DNA of 64,000 bases from Aureliella sp. (GTDB taxonomy: Bacteria; Planctomycetota; Planctomycetia; Pirellulales; Pirellulaceae). A program made the position numbers and the translations under genes. Under the pieces are notes generated by a model, which worked only from the letters and a program-made list of their open reading frames with translations, was not told the origin of the DNA and did not search any database. Positions 28,192 to 39,107 of the stretch are shown one piece after another (position 1 is the first letter of the stretch; each line of letters opens with the position of its first letter). The stretch spans positions 2,784,001 through 2,848,000 of the forward strand of contig OY829846.1 of assembly GCA_963691875.1 (NCBI GenBank). Reading direction: 5' to 3'.

Positions 28192-30888
28192 TCAATCGAT
28201 GTAGAGGAACTCGTTGGAGCTAAGTAAAGCATGGCAAAACGCGGCGAAGGCTAATGAATCCGGCGGGGCGTTGTCTTTTTCAGCAGGCCCCGACTCCTTC
28301 TCAAACTTTGCCGGGTTTTCTTTGTAGTATTTCTCCTGGACTGCAATGAATGCTTCAGAATCCTGAACTTCCGCCTCACTCGCCTCCCTTCCATAGCAAA
28401 GCGAAAATGCCAATCGGATTCGGGACGCGCGATCTGCTGCTTCGAAAGCCTGTAATCGCTGTGAGAGAAATCTTGCGTACTCTCGCATTCCAGTACTGTT
28501 CATCAGCAGCAAGCTTTGTGGACTGACGGTCGTCTCCGGACGCGATGCGCAATTCGCATCCGTCATGCTAGGAGCGTCAAATGTCGTCAACATATCGAGC
28601 GGACGGCTTCGGCGTACTTGGATGTAAATACTCCGACGAAACTCTTCACCATTAAGCGGAATGTACTTTCCGGTCTGTCGGCCCGCACTGTCGGTCGTAT
28701 CGTTCCCCACCACAATGGAGCCGTCAGTCGTCGGCATTACCGGAATCGGCGGTCCAAAGGGCTTCCGATTGAGCTTGCCGGCGACCGCAAGCAAAGAGTC
28801 TCTGAATACTTCAGCTTCTAGTCTTCGCGCATTTTGCCGACTGAGTAGTCGGTTGTCTGGATCCAATTCGTCGCCGAGTTTCGATCTTCGCGACGACTGT
28901 TTCCAAGTCTGGCTGGTGAGAATCAATCGATGAAGCTCCTTCAATCTCCACCCAGACTCCATAAAGCGATAGGCGAGATAATCTAGCAGTTCAGGATGCG
29001 ATGGAAGGTCCCCGAGAACACCAAAGTCACTGACGCTCGCAACAAGTCCAAGTCCAAAATGATGCTTCCAGACTCGATTGACAATGACGCGAGCAAGCAA
29101 AGGATGCCGGCCATCCGTGATCGACCTAGCGAATGCCAGACGCCGGCCCGTTGTAGACAATTCCTCGGAAAACTCGGGAAGTTGCGTTACTCTCCAGCTA
29201 GCCAGTACGGAGAGATCACTTGGCGTTACTTTCTCTTTTGGTGAATCCGGGTTGCCGCGAAAAAACACGTGCGTCGAATCGACCGCTTCGGGCTTCTTCG
29301 CCTGCTCCGCGAACGCCTGCACGAACTCTGCCTTTGGCTTAGTGTTACGAACAGCCTGGGCCCGAGCCGCGATCTCCTTCAGTGTGCCCGCATGCTTCGT
29401 TTTGTAAGTGCTGTCGTAGAGATAGAGACTGGAAGCACTGAGCTTGTTGATACTTGGGTTCTGAGCTAGCAGCTTCTTCTGCCCCGCGCTGCGTTTTTTC
29501 ACCTCAGTGTTGTAGGCCTCACGCAAATCTTCTCGAATCGATTCTTCTCGCTTCGCTAGTTCCTTTTCCAAAACCTCAGCAATGAACTGTTCTTCTTTCG
29601 TCGCGCGTTCCGCGTCGATTTTTTTTGCTTCCTTCTCGATCTCTGCGGCTTGCGTAGCTTGTTGTTTCGTTTGCAGTGAAACCAAACGATTCCGTGGGAC
29701 TCTCCATTGCTTGATGTCAAAGCCCGGCTCGAAAACCGCGCGAAGACTGTAGTAGTCTGCCTGCGTGATCGGATCGTACCGGTGATTGTGGCACTGAGCG
29801 CACTCGATTGTCATGCCATACAAAGTAGAGCTGACGATCTTAATGGTGTCCGTTACGCACTGGTTACGAGTCGACATATTGTTCAAGCTTGCCGAGCCAT
29901 CCGGTGCCATGCGAAGAAAGCCGGTAGCCGTCATCAACTCGGCATAGCGTGCCCTCTCCCGTTCTTTATCTGAGTTGGCGTGCACACCCTCTGTTGCAGC
30001 AATCTCGTCACCGGCCAATTGCTCGCGAATGAACTCGTCATAAGGCTTGTCATTGTTCAAGGAGCGAATGACATAGTCTCGGTAACGCCAAGCATGCTCT
30101 CGGACGACATCTTTCTCATCGTACCCGTTCGAGTCCGCATAGCCGGCTAAATCCAGCCAGTGACGTCCCCAGCGTTCGCCGTAAGCCTGTGAGTTCAAAA
30201 GGCGTTCTATCAGCGACCTGTAGGCGGACTCGGGTGCATACTTGAACTGTTCGGTGAACGTTGTTATTTCGTTCGGTTTCGGTGGCAGTCCTGCGAGATC
30301 AAAGTGCAGTCGGCGGATGAGAGTTCGAGCGTCTACCTCCGATGAGAAAGCCAGGTTTGCCTGCTTGAGCGAGCGGGCAACGAATCGGTCGATCGCATTT
30401 GTCGAATCCGTAAGCTCGTTTGCTTCAGGAATTGATGGTAACACAATAGGCTGCAACGACCACCAGCTTCTTTCTTCTTGCGTGAAAGCCTCCAATTCAT
30501 CCGGGTTATCAGGCTCTGCACGAGCCGTATTTGCTCCCTGCTTGATCCATTTAGCGATCAAATCAATCTGCTCTTCTGGCAGCTTTTCTTTTCCTTCGGG
30601 CATCTGCCCGGAAGTGAGAACCTCGACAAGCAAACTCTCATTGGGATTTCCCGGGACGATAGCAACTCCGGAATCACCACCCGCAGATAGAAAACGTCGC
30701 AAGCGAAGATCAAGCCCACCTCCAGTTTCTTCCTCCTCTCCATGGCAGTGGAAGCAATGTTGCTTGAGGATCGGGCGAACATGCTTCTCAAAAACAAGCG
30801 AAATGTCCTCGTCCGCGGGCAGATCTTGAGTAGCTAACGCTAGGGCTGAGACGAAAACCAACGTGAAAGCAAGATTGGATTTAATCAT
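28192..30888 (-). CDS. Planctomycete cytochrome c + DUF1549 + DUF1553 protein
   Basis: CFHCHG, WIKQGA, YGERWGRHWLD, CAQCHNHRYDP, ARVIVNRVW..HFG, PSHPELLD and SNEFLYID motifs. Confidence 0.92.
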   Translation of the reverse strand: MIKSNLAFTLVFVSALALATQDLPADEDISLVFEKHVRPILKQHCFHCHGEEEETGGGLDLRLRRFLSAGGDSGVAIVPGNPNESLLVEVLTSGQMPEGKEKLPEEQIDLIAKWIKQGANTARAEPDNPDELEAFTQEERSWWSLQPIVLPSIPEANELTDSTNAIDRFVARSLKQANLAFSSEVDARTLIRRLHFDLAGLPPKPNEITTFTEQFKYAPESAYRSLIERLLNSQAYGERWGRHWLDLAGYADSNGYDEKDVVREHAWRYRDYVIRSLNNDKPYDEFIREQLAGDEIAATEGVHANSDKERERARYAELMTATGFLRMAPDGSASLNNMSTRNQCVTDTIKIVSSTLYGMTIECAQCHNHRYDPITQADYYSLRAVFEPGFDIKQWRVPRNRLVSLQTKQQATQAAEIEKEAKKIDAERATKEEQFIAEVLEKELAKREESIREDLREAYNTEVKKRSAGQKKLLAQNPSINKLSASSLYLYDSTYKTKHAGTLKEIAARAQAVRNTKPKAEFVQAFAEQAKKPEAVDSTHVFFRGNPDSPKEKVTPSDLSVLASWRVTQLPEFSEELSTTGRRLAFARSITDGRHPLLARVIVNRVWKHHFGLGLVASVSDFGVLGDLPSHPELLDYLAYRFMESGWRLKELHRLILTSQTWKQSSRRSKLGDELDPDNRLLSRQNARRLEAEVFRDSLLAVAGKLNRKPFGPPIPVMPTTDGSIVVGNDTTDSAGRQTGKYIPLNGEEFRRSIYIQVRRSRPLDMLTTFDAPSMTDANCASRPETTVSPQSLLLMNSTGMREYARFLSQRLQAFEAADRASRIRLAFSLCYGREASEAEVQDSEAFIAVQEKYYKENPAKFEKESGPAEKDNAPPDSLAFAAFCHALLSSNEFLYID

Positions 30889-31484
30889 GACAATGGAGTC
30901 ACCACGCACAGGGCTCGAAGGGGTTCAAGCGATTGCAAAGGTAGGAATGCCGCACAGTCCTGAAGGAAGATGCTTAGCAGAACTCTCTGGCCATGCTTCG
31001 CCGAACCGGCAGGTTGCTCGGGAGGTAGGAGGGACGGACCGCACACCGACTTTCTATAAGATAGCTGCTTTCGTGTGAAAAATCTCGGTAAACAGGCGAG
31101 TGAACAGCACGAGCGGTAACGAATGGGGTTGAACTGCATTCGTGAATACTGAGCCAAACTAGTAGCAGTGCTGGCAGCCTATCACCCGTACGAGCTGGCT
31201 CGGGTCGCTGTTACTCAAGGCCAACGGTAAATGCTTTCACGCATCGTCATTTCTGGGCCATGCTCAAAAGAACAAGACGATCTATTGAGCACTATGGCAA
31301 AGTAACAAGATTATTGTGCGACCGCGATCAAGTCTCAGCAGTATCGTGAAGCTAAAGCCAAGAAAGCGGGTAGGGAGTTGAAACTTGGTACGGTAACTAG
31401 CGTTTACGAGGAGCTGTGATAGGGCCGCATTTGTCACGTCCTACTTCCGCTCGATTCAGCTGGCGAAATGGAACGATCGAGTTC

Positions 31485-31979
31485 TTAGATCTCAAGATCT
31501 CGCGGTCGGCAAGAATCTTCCAGGCTCCACTCCGCTTTGCGGACAGAGTGCTTCCATGTTTCCGCTTCGGTTTGGAATACGCCCAAAGCAGCTGTAGGGA
31601 GTTCCATGCCAACGCCAGCCAACGCCCCACAAAGTGCTGACATACCAGGGTTGTGCCCAAGCACCAAAACAGTGCTCCAAGAATCATGTAGCACATCCAC
31701 GTGGCCAGAGATTTCGTCAGGCGATGCGAGATAGAGACTTGTTTCGGTCAAGACCTCCGCTTCGCGCTGCCAAGTGGCTTGCATCAGCTCCAACGTCTGC
31801 TGAACACGGACCGCTGAACTCGCGAGGATGAAATCAGGCGAATGACCTTGATGTTCAAGATAGTTTGCAACGAGCGGAGCGGAGCGGCGGCCTCGAGGAT
31901 TCAAAGGTCGATCGTGATCCGAGAGCGACTCATCGCTCCAATCACTTTTGGCGTGCCGCATTAAGATCAGTTTGCGCAT
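31485..31979 (-). CDS. sixA: Phosphohistidine phosphatase SixA
   Basis: MRHAKSDW, DHDRPLNPRG, SSAVR, LYLA and GHNPG motifs. Confidence 0.88.
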   Translation of the reverse strand: MRKLILMRHAKSDWSDESLSDHDRPLNPRGRRSAPLVANYLEHQGHSPDFILASSAVRVQQTLELMQATWQREAEVLTETSLYLASPDEISGHVDVLHDSWSTVLVLGHNPGMSALCGALAGVGMELPTAALGVFQTEAETWKHSVRKAEWSLEDSCRPRDLEI

Positions 31980-34522
31980 CAGTGGGAAAACAAGAATTCG
32001 GGACTAGTCATCAAACTCCACAGCAAGTCCTCGTAAGTCTCTCGCCTGGAAACTTTCTCGGCATCGGCCGCCGCCACCAGCGCTAACAACCTTCGTCTTT
32101 CATCCGCAGATGGCCTGCGTGAAAGGGCTGCCAAGTACGCTCGCTCAACAACTTGTTCTGCGGGTGCTGATTCTTCAAGCCAACTGGAAATCACACAAGT
32201 CTTCGCCGCTAATTTTTCGTTGATCGTATCGCCATTGCTGAGGTGAAGCACTTGAACCACCGTTGGCTGATTCGAACGTTCACAGTCACATGTGATGCGC
32301 CGCTGGTGGCGACCAAAGGTCTTGAGGAAATAATTTACGACGGCGGAGTCGTACAGCTCCAACGACTTGGTACCTTCCGGATAGAAGTCAGTCTTGCGTT
32401 TATCTGCACCCTGAAACTCAATTTGCGTAAACTTGGTCGGCACGCCAGTCACCGTCACAATCGCGTCGTGAAGAACTTCCGCCATCAATCGACGCGGATA
32501 GTAGTGACTGTAAAACCGCTTGTCGTTTGCGTTGTTTCCTGTCGACTGGGCAGCACGTTGATAGGCGGCCGAGTTCAGGATCAGCCGACTCAGTGCTTTG
32601 AGGTCGTAGTCATGCTCGATGACATAGTCGGCCAAAGCGTTAAGCAATCGTTCGCTGCTAGCTGGGTTGCTAGCTCGCAAGTCGTCCACCGACTCTACCA
32701 ATCCTACGCCCATGTAGTTTGCCCATACTCGATTTGCGATCGCGCGACTAAAGTAGCGATTGTCGGAACGCGTTAGCCATTCCGCCAACACTTCTCGTCG
32801 ATCCTCCGGCGCATCGATCGCAATTGCCTCAGCATCCAGCGGAGCGGGTGCTTGTGGCTTGCCACGTGAAGGCTGAATCAAGTCTCCTCGTTCCAGCACC
32901 ACCAAAGTCCGCTTGCCATCACCATTACGGCTGTCGCCGCCCCAGCCTTTCGCTCGGACTCGCGAGTACAGATTTGCCATCGCGTAATACTGATCGTTCG
33001 TCCACTTTTCCAAGGGATGATTGTGACACTTGGCACAACCAATCGAGAGCCCCATAAATGCTTGGCAGGTGTTCTCGGTTAGGGCTTCGGGCGTTTGATG
33101 GATTGCATAAAAATTCGTTGCACCTTGCTCCATACTTTCGCCTCGAGCTAGGACTACCTCCTGAGCAAACTGATCCCAAGGCGTATTGTTTTCAACCTTG
33201 CTGCGAATCCACTTGTAGAATGCTGCAACTGCATCGGGACGCAAGAGATTCCCATTTACAAGCAACAAATCCGACCACTGATAAGACCAGTAGTCGACGT
33301 AGGATTCACTTTTTAGAAGCGAATCCACGAGCTTTTCACGCCGATCATCAGAAGTGTCGCCCAGGAACTTTCGAACTTCGCCGGCGGTCGGCAGAGTCCC
33401 CGTCGTGTCAATGAATGCCCGGCGAATGAAGGTTTCATCCGTACACCGCGGCGAGGGTGTCAAGTTGAGGAGTTTCCATTCTTCGAGCAAAATCTCATCG
33501 ATGAAGTTTTGCGTTTTGAAGTCCTGGTAGGCAACTTCGGTAACTTGCTGATCATAGGGAACGACGATCGAGGAGATCGCAATGCGGCTCGCAAACCAGG
33601 CAACTACTGCTCCCTTACCACTTCCGACAACTTGTACTCGACCGTCTTCTGACACTTCTAAGACGGCTTCGTTCGTAGAACTAAACTTCGCCCAGTGCGT
33701 CACGTCTTCGATGCGACCGTCGTCGTAGTGGGCTCGCACAACGATTTCTTGCTTCGACGCCGCGTTAGTTTGCAGGCGAAGCGATTCCGGGAGCACTTCG
33801 ATACGCTCGAGCTTTGCATCGGTCGGCTGAACGCCCGGTGAACCACCAGCAATCCAATCTGCAAGAATCTTGTAATCTGCTGAGTCCGCATCTAGTCGCA
33901 AGCCACCTTTGTGCGCGATCTGCGTCGTCGGCTTGCCAAGCAGCAGACTCCGCACAGGGTCGGCTGGTTCAATCCGCCGACCTCGGTCCTGACGAGTAAT
34001 CGTGTAATGGTCAGCTAAGCTATCGTAGCCACGCAGTGACAAGCGAAATCCGCCTTTTCCAGACAGTGCGCCATGGCACGCACCGCTATTGCAACCAGCT
34101 TTGGTCAGCACTGACTGAACGTGCGCATCAAACTGGTATTCGCGATCTTTCCCTGAGCCACTCACTTGAATCGGAACTTCGATTGGTTGTTCAATCCCGA
34201 CGCCGGTGACTCGCAAAGTTGTCTCACCGTCCGAAACAGCTACCACGCGTCCCGCCTCAATGTGAGCGATCGTTTCGTCAACAATGGAGAGCTTGGCATC
34301 AACAAGTTGTGAGCCGATTACTTCGCCGTGAACGTGCTGCACCAAAACTCGCGACGATGCTTCGTCTCCCGATAATTCGATCGAAGTAGGCAGCACGACG
34401 AAGCTCGACGGATGCTCATCCGCAGGAGCCGCCCTCAGACAAGAACTACTATGCGCGAGGAGAATAATCATGCACGAGCGAACAAAGAACGAAAAACGGT
34501 GCGAAAGGCGACGAAAAGACAT
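31979..34522 (-). CDS. DUF1549/DUF1553 protein with Ig-like domains
   Basis: GCNSGACHG..GKGGFRLSLRG, DVTHWAKFSS, CAKCHNHP and RRLMAEVLHDAI motifs. Confidence 0.9.
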   Translation of the reverse strand: MSFRRLSHRFSFFVRSCMIILLAHSSSCLRAAPADEHPSSFVVLPTSIELSGDEASSRVLVQHVHGEVIGSQLVDAKLSIVDETIAHIEAGRVVAVSDGETTLRVTGVGIEQPIEVPIQVSGSGKDREYQFDAHVQSVLTKAGCNSGACHGALSGKGGFRLSLRGYDSLADHYTITRQDRGRRIEPADPVRSLLLGKPTTQIAHKGGLRLDADSADYKILADWIAGGSPGVQPTDAKLERIEVLPESLRLQTNAASKQEIVVRAHYDDGRIEDVTHWAKFSSTNEAVLEVSEDGRVQVVGSGKGAVVAWFASRIAISSIVVPYDQQVTEVAYQDFKTQNFIDEILLEEWKLLNLTPSPRCTDETFIRRAFIDTTGTLPTAGEVRKFLGDTSDDRREKLVDSLLKSESYVDYWSYQWSDLLLVNGNLLRPDAVAAFYKWIRSKVENNTPWDQFAQEVVLARGESMEQGATNFYAIHQTPEALTENTCQAFMGLSIGCAKCHNHPLEKWTNDQYYAMANLYSRVRAKGWGGDSRNGDGKRTLVVLERGDLIQPSRGKPQAPAPLDAEAIAIDAPEDRREVLAEWLTRSDNRYFSRAIANRVWANYMGVGLVESVDDLRASNPASSERLLNALADYVIEHDYDLKALSRLILNSAAYQRAAQSTGNNANDKRFYSHYYPRRLMAEVLHDAIVTVTGVPTKFTQIEFQGADKRKTDFYPEGTKSLELYDSAVVNYFLKTFGRHQRRITCDCERSNQPTVVQVLHLSNGDTINEKLAAKTCVISSWLEESAPAEQVVERAYLAALSRRPSADERRRLLALVAAADAEKVSRRETYEDLLWSLMTSPEFLFSH

Positions 34523-34692
34523 CGGTTCGTCCAGGCGGGAAGGAAGCGGGATGCAGCACTTGTCATCTTACACCAAGGCAAGCCCATCTTCACAGCAGGA
34601 GCCACGAACTGCAGGGCTTAGCAGAGTTTTACGTTGGCGATGTGAGCCGTACGCGAAAGCGTCGGACTGCTGGTTCCTTCAGAGCTCACACT

Positions 34693-34723
34693 AAAAAAGC
34701 CGCGAGTGGAACTCGCGGCTTTT
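34693..34723 (-). terminator. Rho-independent terminator downstream of fusA
   Basis: aaaaaagccgcgagt-gga-actcgcggctttt is a perfect stem with A/T tails. Confidence 0.85.
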
Positions 34724-34757
34724 CGATATTTTATTCGATGAAAACTATGCAGAAGCG

Positions 34758-36890
34758 CTACTTAGCACCAGCCAATTCGGCCTTCTTACGCTCAGCGATA
34801 ACATCTTCCTGAACGTTGTTCGGGCACTTGCGGTAGCAAAGTAGTTCCATGGTAAAGGTACCTTGACCTTTGGTCATCGAACGCAAGTCAGTTGCGTAGC
34901 CAAAGGTCTCAGCCAGAGGTACTTCAGCCACGATGTACGAGATCGAATCACGTACGTCGGTGGAGCTAACGAGGCCACGGCGGCGAATAACGTCACCAAC
35001 GACGTCCCCTTGGTACTCCTCAGGGCACTCGATTTCGCAACGCATGATTGGCTCAAGCAGAGCGGGCTTGGACTTCTGCATTGATTCGCGGAAGCAACCT
35101 TGAGCAGCGATGTAGAAGGCACGCTCCGAAGAGTCAACGTCGTGGTAGCTACCGTCACGCAGGTCGATGCGAATACCAACAACTGGGTAGTCAGCTAAAG
35201 GCCCCTTGCCCAGCGAGTCTCGCATGCCCTTCTCGATCGGAGCAATAAATTGCTTTGGAATGCGACCACCGACGATATGCTCTTCAAATTCGAAGGAGTC
35301 TTCGGAGTCGGATTCAATTGGAGTCAACTCGCCGACCATATGGGCGTACTGACCGGAACCACCTGTCTGCTTCTTGTGCTTGTAGTTAAACTCGACCTTT
35401 TCGCCAGGAGCTTCTCGGTAACTTACCTTGGGAGCACCGGCTTCGATCTCGATCTTGTACTCACGACGCATCCGCTCGATATAAATATCGAGGTGAAGCT
35501 CGCCCATTCCGGAGATGATCGTTTCGCCTGTTTCCTCGTCGTTTTGAACGCGGAAAGTTGGGTCTTCCTTGCGGAAACGCTGAAGAGCCTTGGTCATCTT
35601 ATCTGCGTCGGAACGAGCAGGATTGACCGAAACCTTGATCACAGGCTCCGGCACAAACATGCTTTCCAGAGTGCAGAAGTCGCGATCGTTGGCGTAAGTT
35701 TCACCAGAGGCACAATCGATACCCATGATCGCGACGATGTCACCGGCAGAGGCGGTATCGATTTCCTCCCGATCATCCGAGTGCATCCGCACGATCCGAC
35801 TGAAGCGATCCTTTCGGCCGGTGCGCTGGTTGGTGTACATTTCACCCTTCTTGATGCTACCTTGATAGATTCGCATGAAGGTCAGCTGACCGTAAGGGTC
35901 TTCGACGATCTTGAAAGCCATCCCGACGAATGGAGCATCTGGATCTGGCTTCAGTTCCATCTTTTCTGGCTCAGCACCAGCTTCTGCATTCTTGTCCACC
36001 TTCAGAGCAGAGATGTCACGCTCCAGTGGGCTAGGCAAGTAACGAGTTACGGCGTCGAGCAAAGGCTGAACACCCTTGTTCTTAAAGGCTGTTCCGACAA
36101 AGACTGGTGTGAAGCCTTGATTTTGTACCGCGTCCTTCGTGACTTGGTGGATCAACTCGATGGAGATTTCTTCTTCGCTGAGAAGCTTTTCCATCATTTC
36201 GTCGTTGTACATCGCCATCGCTTCGAGCATCGCGTGGCGATGCTCTTGAGCTTCGTCTTGTAGCTCAGCAGGGATGTCGTACTCTTCGACTTCGCTACCT
36301 TGCTCACCAACGAAACGTAGGGCCTTCATGGTGATCAAGTCGATGCAACCTTCGTAGGTTTCACCAGCACCGATTGGCAATTGGTAGAGAACTGCGTCGG
36401 CGTTCAACTTGTCCTTCATCATTTGGACCACGTTGTGAGCGTCGGCACCAGTTCGGTCCATCTTGTTGATGAATGCCAGGCGCGGCACGTTGTAGCGTCG
36501 CATTTGACGGTCCACTGTCAGCGACTGGGACTGAACGCCGCCAACAGCACAAAGAACCAGAACAGCTCCGTCGAGAACACGCAAGCTACGCTCAACTTCG
36601 ATCGTGAAGTCCACGTGGCCAGGTGTGTCGATCAAGTTGATGTGGTGTGGCTCGGACACGTTCTGATCTGGTCGTCCACCCCAGGATACGGTGGTAGCCG
36701 CACTGGTGATCGTGATACCACGCTCTTGCTCGAGCTCCATGTGGTCCATCGTCGCACCGTCACCGTCACCCTTAACTTCTTCGATTTTGTGGATTCGACC
36801 GGTGTAGTACAAGATCCGCTCGCTGAGCGTCGTCTTGCCGGAGTCGATGTGAGCGCTGATACCGATGTTACGTACTTTTGAGAGATCCAT
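34758..36890 (-). CDS. fusA: Elongation factor G (spdEFG1 / mitochondrial EF-G1-like)
   Basis: RNIGISAHIDSGKTT, ERGITI, DTPGHVDF, NKMD, GMGELHL, KKQTGGSGQY and DGSYHDVDSS motifs. Confidence 0.97.
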   Translation of the reverse strand: MDLSKVRNIGISAHIDSGKTTLSERILYYTGRIHKIEEVKGDGDGATMDHMELEQERGITITSAATTVSWGGRPDQNVSEPHHINLIDTPGHVDFTIEVERSLRVLDGAVLVLCAVGGVQSQSLTVDRQMRRYNVPRLAFINKMDRTGADAHNVVQMMKDKLNADAVLYQLPIGAGETYEGCIDLITMKALRFVGEQGSEVEEYDIPAELQDEAQEHRHAMLEAMAMYNDEMMEKLLSEEEISIELIHQVTKDAVQNQGFTPVFVGTAFKNKGVQPLLDAVTRYLPSPLERDISALKVDKNAEAGAEPEKMELKPDPDAPFVGMAFKIVEDPYGQLTFMRIYQGSIKKGEMYTNQRTGRKDRFSRIVRMHSDDREEIDTASAGDIVAIMGIDCASGETYANDRDFCTLESMFVPEPVIKVSVNPARSDADKMTKALQRFRKEDPTFRVQNDEETGETIISGMGELHLDIYIERMRREYKIEIEAGAPKVSYREAPGEKVEFNYKHKKQTGGSGQYAHMVGELTPIESDSEDSFEFEEHIVGGRIPKQFIAPIEKGMRDSLGKGPLADYPVVGIRIDLRDGSYHDVDSSERAFYIAAQGCFRESMQKSKPALLEPIMRCEIECPEEYQGDVVGDVIRRRGLVSSTDVRDSISYIVAEVPLAETFGYATDLRSMTKGQGTFTMELLCYRKCPNNVQEDVIAERKKAELAGAK

Positions 36891-37439
36891 ATTGCACCTA
36901 GTGGATGTACCGATACCTCGAAAATTGTTTTGGTAGTCTGTGCAAGCTGCACAGTGGGAAAATGCAAAATTAATTTAGGACGGTTTCGTCAAACCTCAAA
37001 CCTGCGATTCAGTCGAACCGGAAATTCTTCAACGGAAGAAAATCAGCCTTCCGCTGGTACGAAACCCAGATTCAATTGCTTCAAGGGAGACATTCTCTCC
37101 ATCTGGATGCTGCCGCCAAGGTCTCTGAGCAGCCTGCTTGAATCCGTCAGAAGCCTCATTTTGCCTGAGGCTCAAAGTCGCGTAGGAAAGTGAACATAAT
37201 CTTACAAGTTCCGTCTGGGCAGGGAAGAGCAAAAACCCCCTCTACGGAGGTGGTCGCCGCGTTTTCTCTCGAGTCCCTCAATATTGCTCGTTCGAGAAGA
37301 AAAATAGACGCTCTTTGCACCCTTAGTCCTGAACCAAACCTGCCATTTCTAACAGCCCTGGCGTGTTCTCCACATCTGGTCACAGATTACGACGTGCTAG
37401 CAGCCTGCTTTAGGCAGAGGGAACTTGGGGGACTAGCGT

Positions 37440-38345
37440 GAGTGGGGGGACCTGGAAATGCTGGCGACGTGAATTCGGCGGCATAAAGTCAAATGAAGCG
37501 CAGCTTCTTTAGAAATTGGTCGCTGAGGCAACGTTGAACAAGAAGATCCAGAAGATTACCGCCGAGGGAAACCTCCAAGCCGGGTCCGTCGCAGTGAGGC
37601 TATTCTGAAGGCGCAGGAGCAGTTTCAAGTGCCGGCACATCAGACATACAAGTTGCTTGGACAGCTGCGGAATACGCAATGTTACAAAACGCAAGCGAAG
37701 ATTAATAAGCCTGTGTTACTTTTGCAGATTCATCGTTTAGCTCGTGAATCTGCGTGTCACGGCTACCGTACGATTACTGGTTTACTTCGTTAGCATGGCA
37801 CGGCGATCATTTTCAAGCGCATGTATCGCATTCGGCAGGAAAAAGCTTGATAGTGTCACCATCAAACCCCGGACCATCCTCGAGCAGGAATGGGGGTACG
37901 ACGCCTAAGAGCGGAGTCTGCCAATCCTATTTGAAGCATGGGTTTTTTATTCGAGCGGACAAACAAAGAAGGCCGATCAAAATCCTCGCGTTTATCGACG
38001 AGTTTGCACGCGAGTGCATTGCTCTAGAGGTGAACCGAAGGCTTACCGGCATGACCTGTTTGATCGCCTAAGCGTCTGGCTCACGAAGTTCGGTGCATCA
38101 AAATATATTTACAGAGATAATGAGCCCGAGTTCATATCGAATTGGCTGCGTCAGTTCCCGGCAAGAGTAGGCATCCGATCGTGCTTTATTTGGAACAGGC
38201 GGCCCCGGGGGAAATACCGAGATCGAAGGCTTCGACAGCAGACAGCGAGACGACGGCTTGTCGTCCGAAGCATTCGACACTCGTGAACAAGCTCGTCAAA
38301 TTATCGGCAATTGGTGATCCCACTATAACCACCGTCACCACAACC
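37440..38345 (+). mobile_element. Degraded IS3-family element (orfA tail and orfB integrase core)
   Basis: Fragments WRREFGGIK..KLVAE..AEGN, HGYRTIT, KILAFIDEFARECIALEV, DNEPEFIS and FDTREQARQII..HYNH, with many stops and frameshifts. Ends approximate. Confidence 0.8.
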
Positions 38346-38678
38346 TCAGCGGCATACACGAAGGCAGAGGCAACAGTGAAGGCGGACAGGGCTCTGAATC
38401 ACCTCATTGGCTAAACCCGCGACTTCGTAGGCTGAAACCTACCGATTGGGCACGCTCCCCTCTGCGCCAATTGCGCAAGTCCGCCACTACCGCAGCACGC
38501 CAGCTGCGCATGCTCGCCACCAATCACCAACTACCGTAACGCGAACACGCCAAGGCCGGCGTAAGTTCGCCATTACATCTGATTCTAGTTGATGTAAATA
38601 CTTACGCTCCTAGACTGGCCGCTATCACCTCAAATTAGCGTTTTTCATCCCAAAGGGTCTAGGAAAGCGATCTTCCCT

Positions 38679-39044
38679 ATGAAGGGCCTGCTCTTCACAA
38701 CTGCTCTTTTGTTCCCACTGTTGCAATGCGCACCAGTGGCTAGGGCTGGCGTCATGCTATGTGGAGAATACGAAGAATCAGGTAAGCCTGCAAACCATCT
38801 CGAGTTGCCCTACCAAGACTACGACGGTGAGATTGCTAGCGTTGACTTTCATCCGTCATCCACGTGCTTACCAGCCGATGTAGCATCGACCAGTCGTCGC
38901 TCCATAGAAGTCGATCTGAGCTGCGTTGAGCGGCTAAATCAGTTTCGATCATCATGCTATCCAGCACTCTGCTACACCATGCTGAAAATACCGATTCTCT
39001 TGATTGAAAAAGCTCTTATAGATGCAGTTTTAGGTTATCACTGA
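38679..39044 (+). CDS. Hypothetical secreted protein
   Basis: Signal peptide ending in VARA-G. Lies immediately upstream of the PEP-CTERM gene. Confidence 0.5.
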   Translation: MKGLLFTTALLFPLLQCAPVARAGVMLCGEYEESGKPANHLELPYQDYDGEIASVDFHPSSTCLPADVASTSRRSIEVDLSCVERLNQFRSSCYPALCYTMLKIPILLIEKALIDAVLGYH

Positions 39045-39107
39045 AAACTGCAATTCTTATTTTCAATCTTGGTGGGATAACACCGCCACACAAAAGGTAT
39101 TTCTAAG

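Noticed and set aside
35250..36263. 337-aa antisense ORF (also 15569-16345 and 4902-5513)
   Set aside because: These are shadows of conserved genes on the opposite strand, explained by codon bias.
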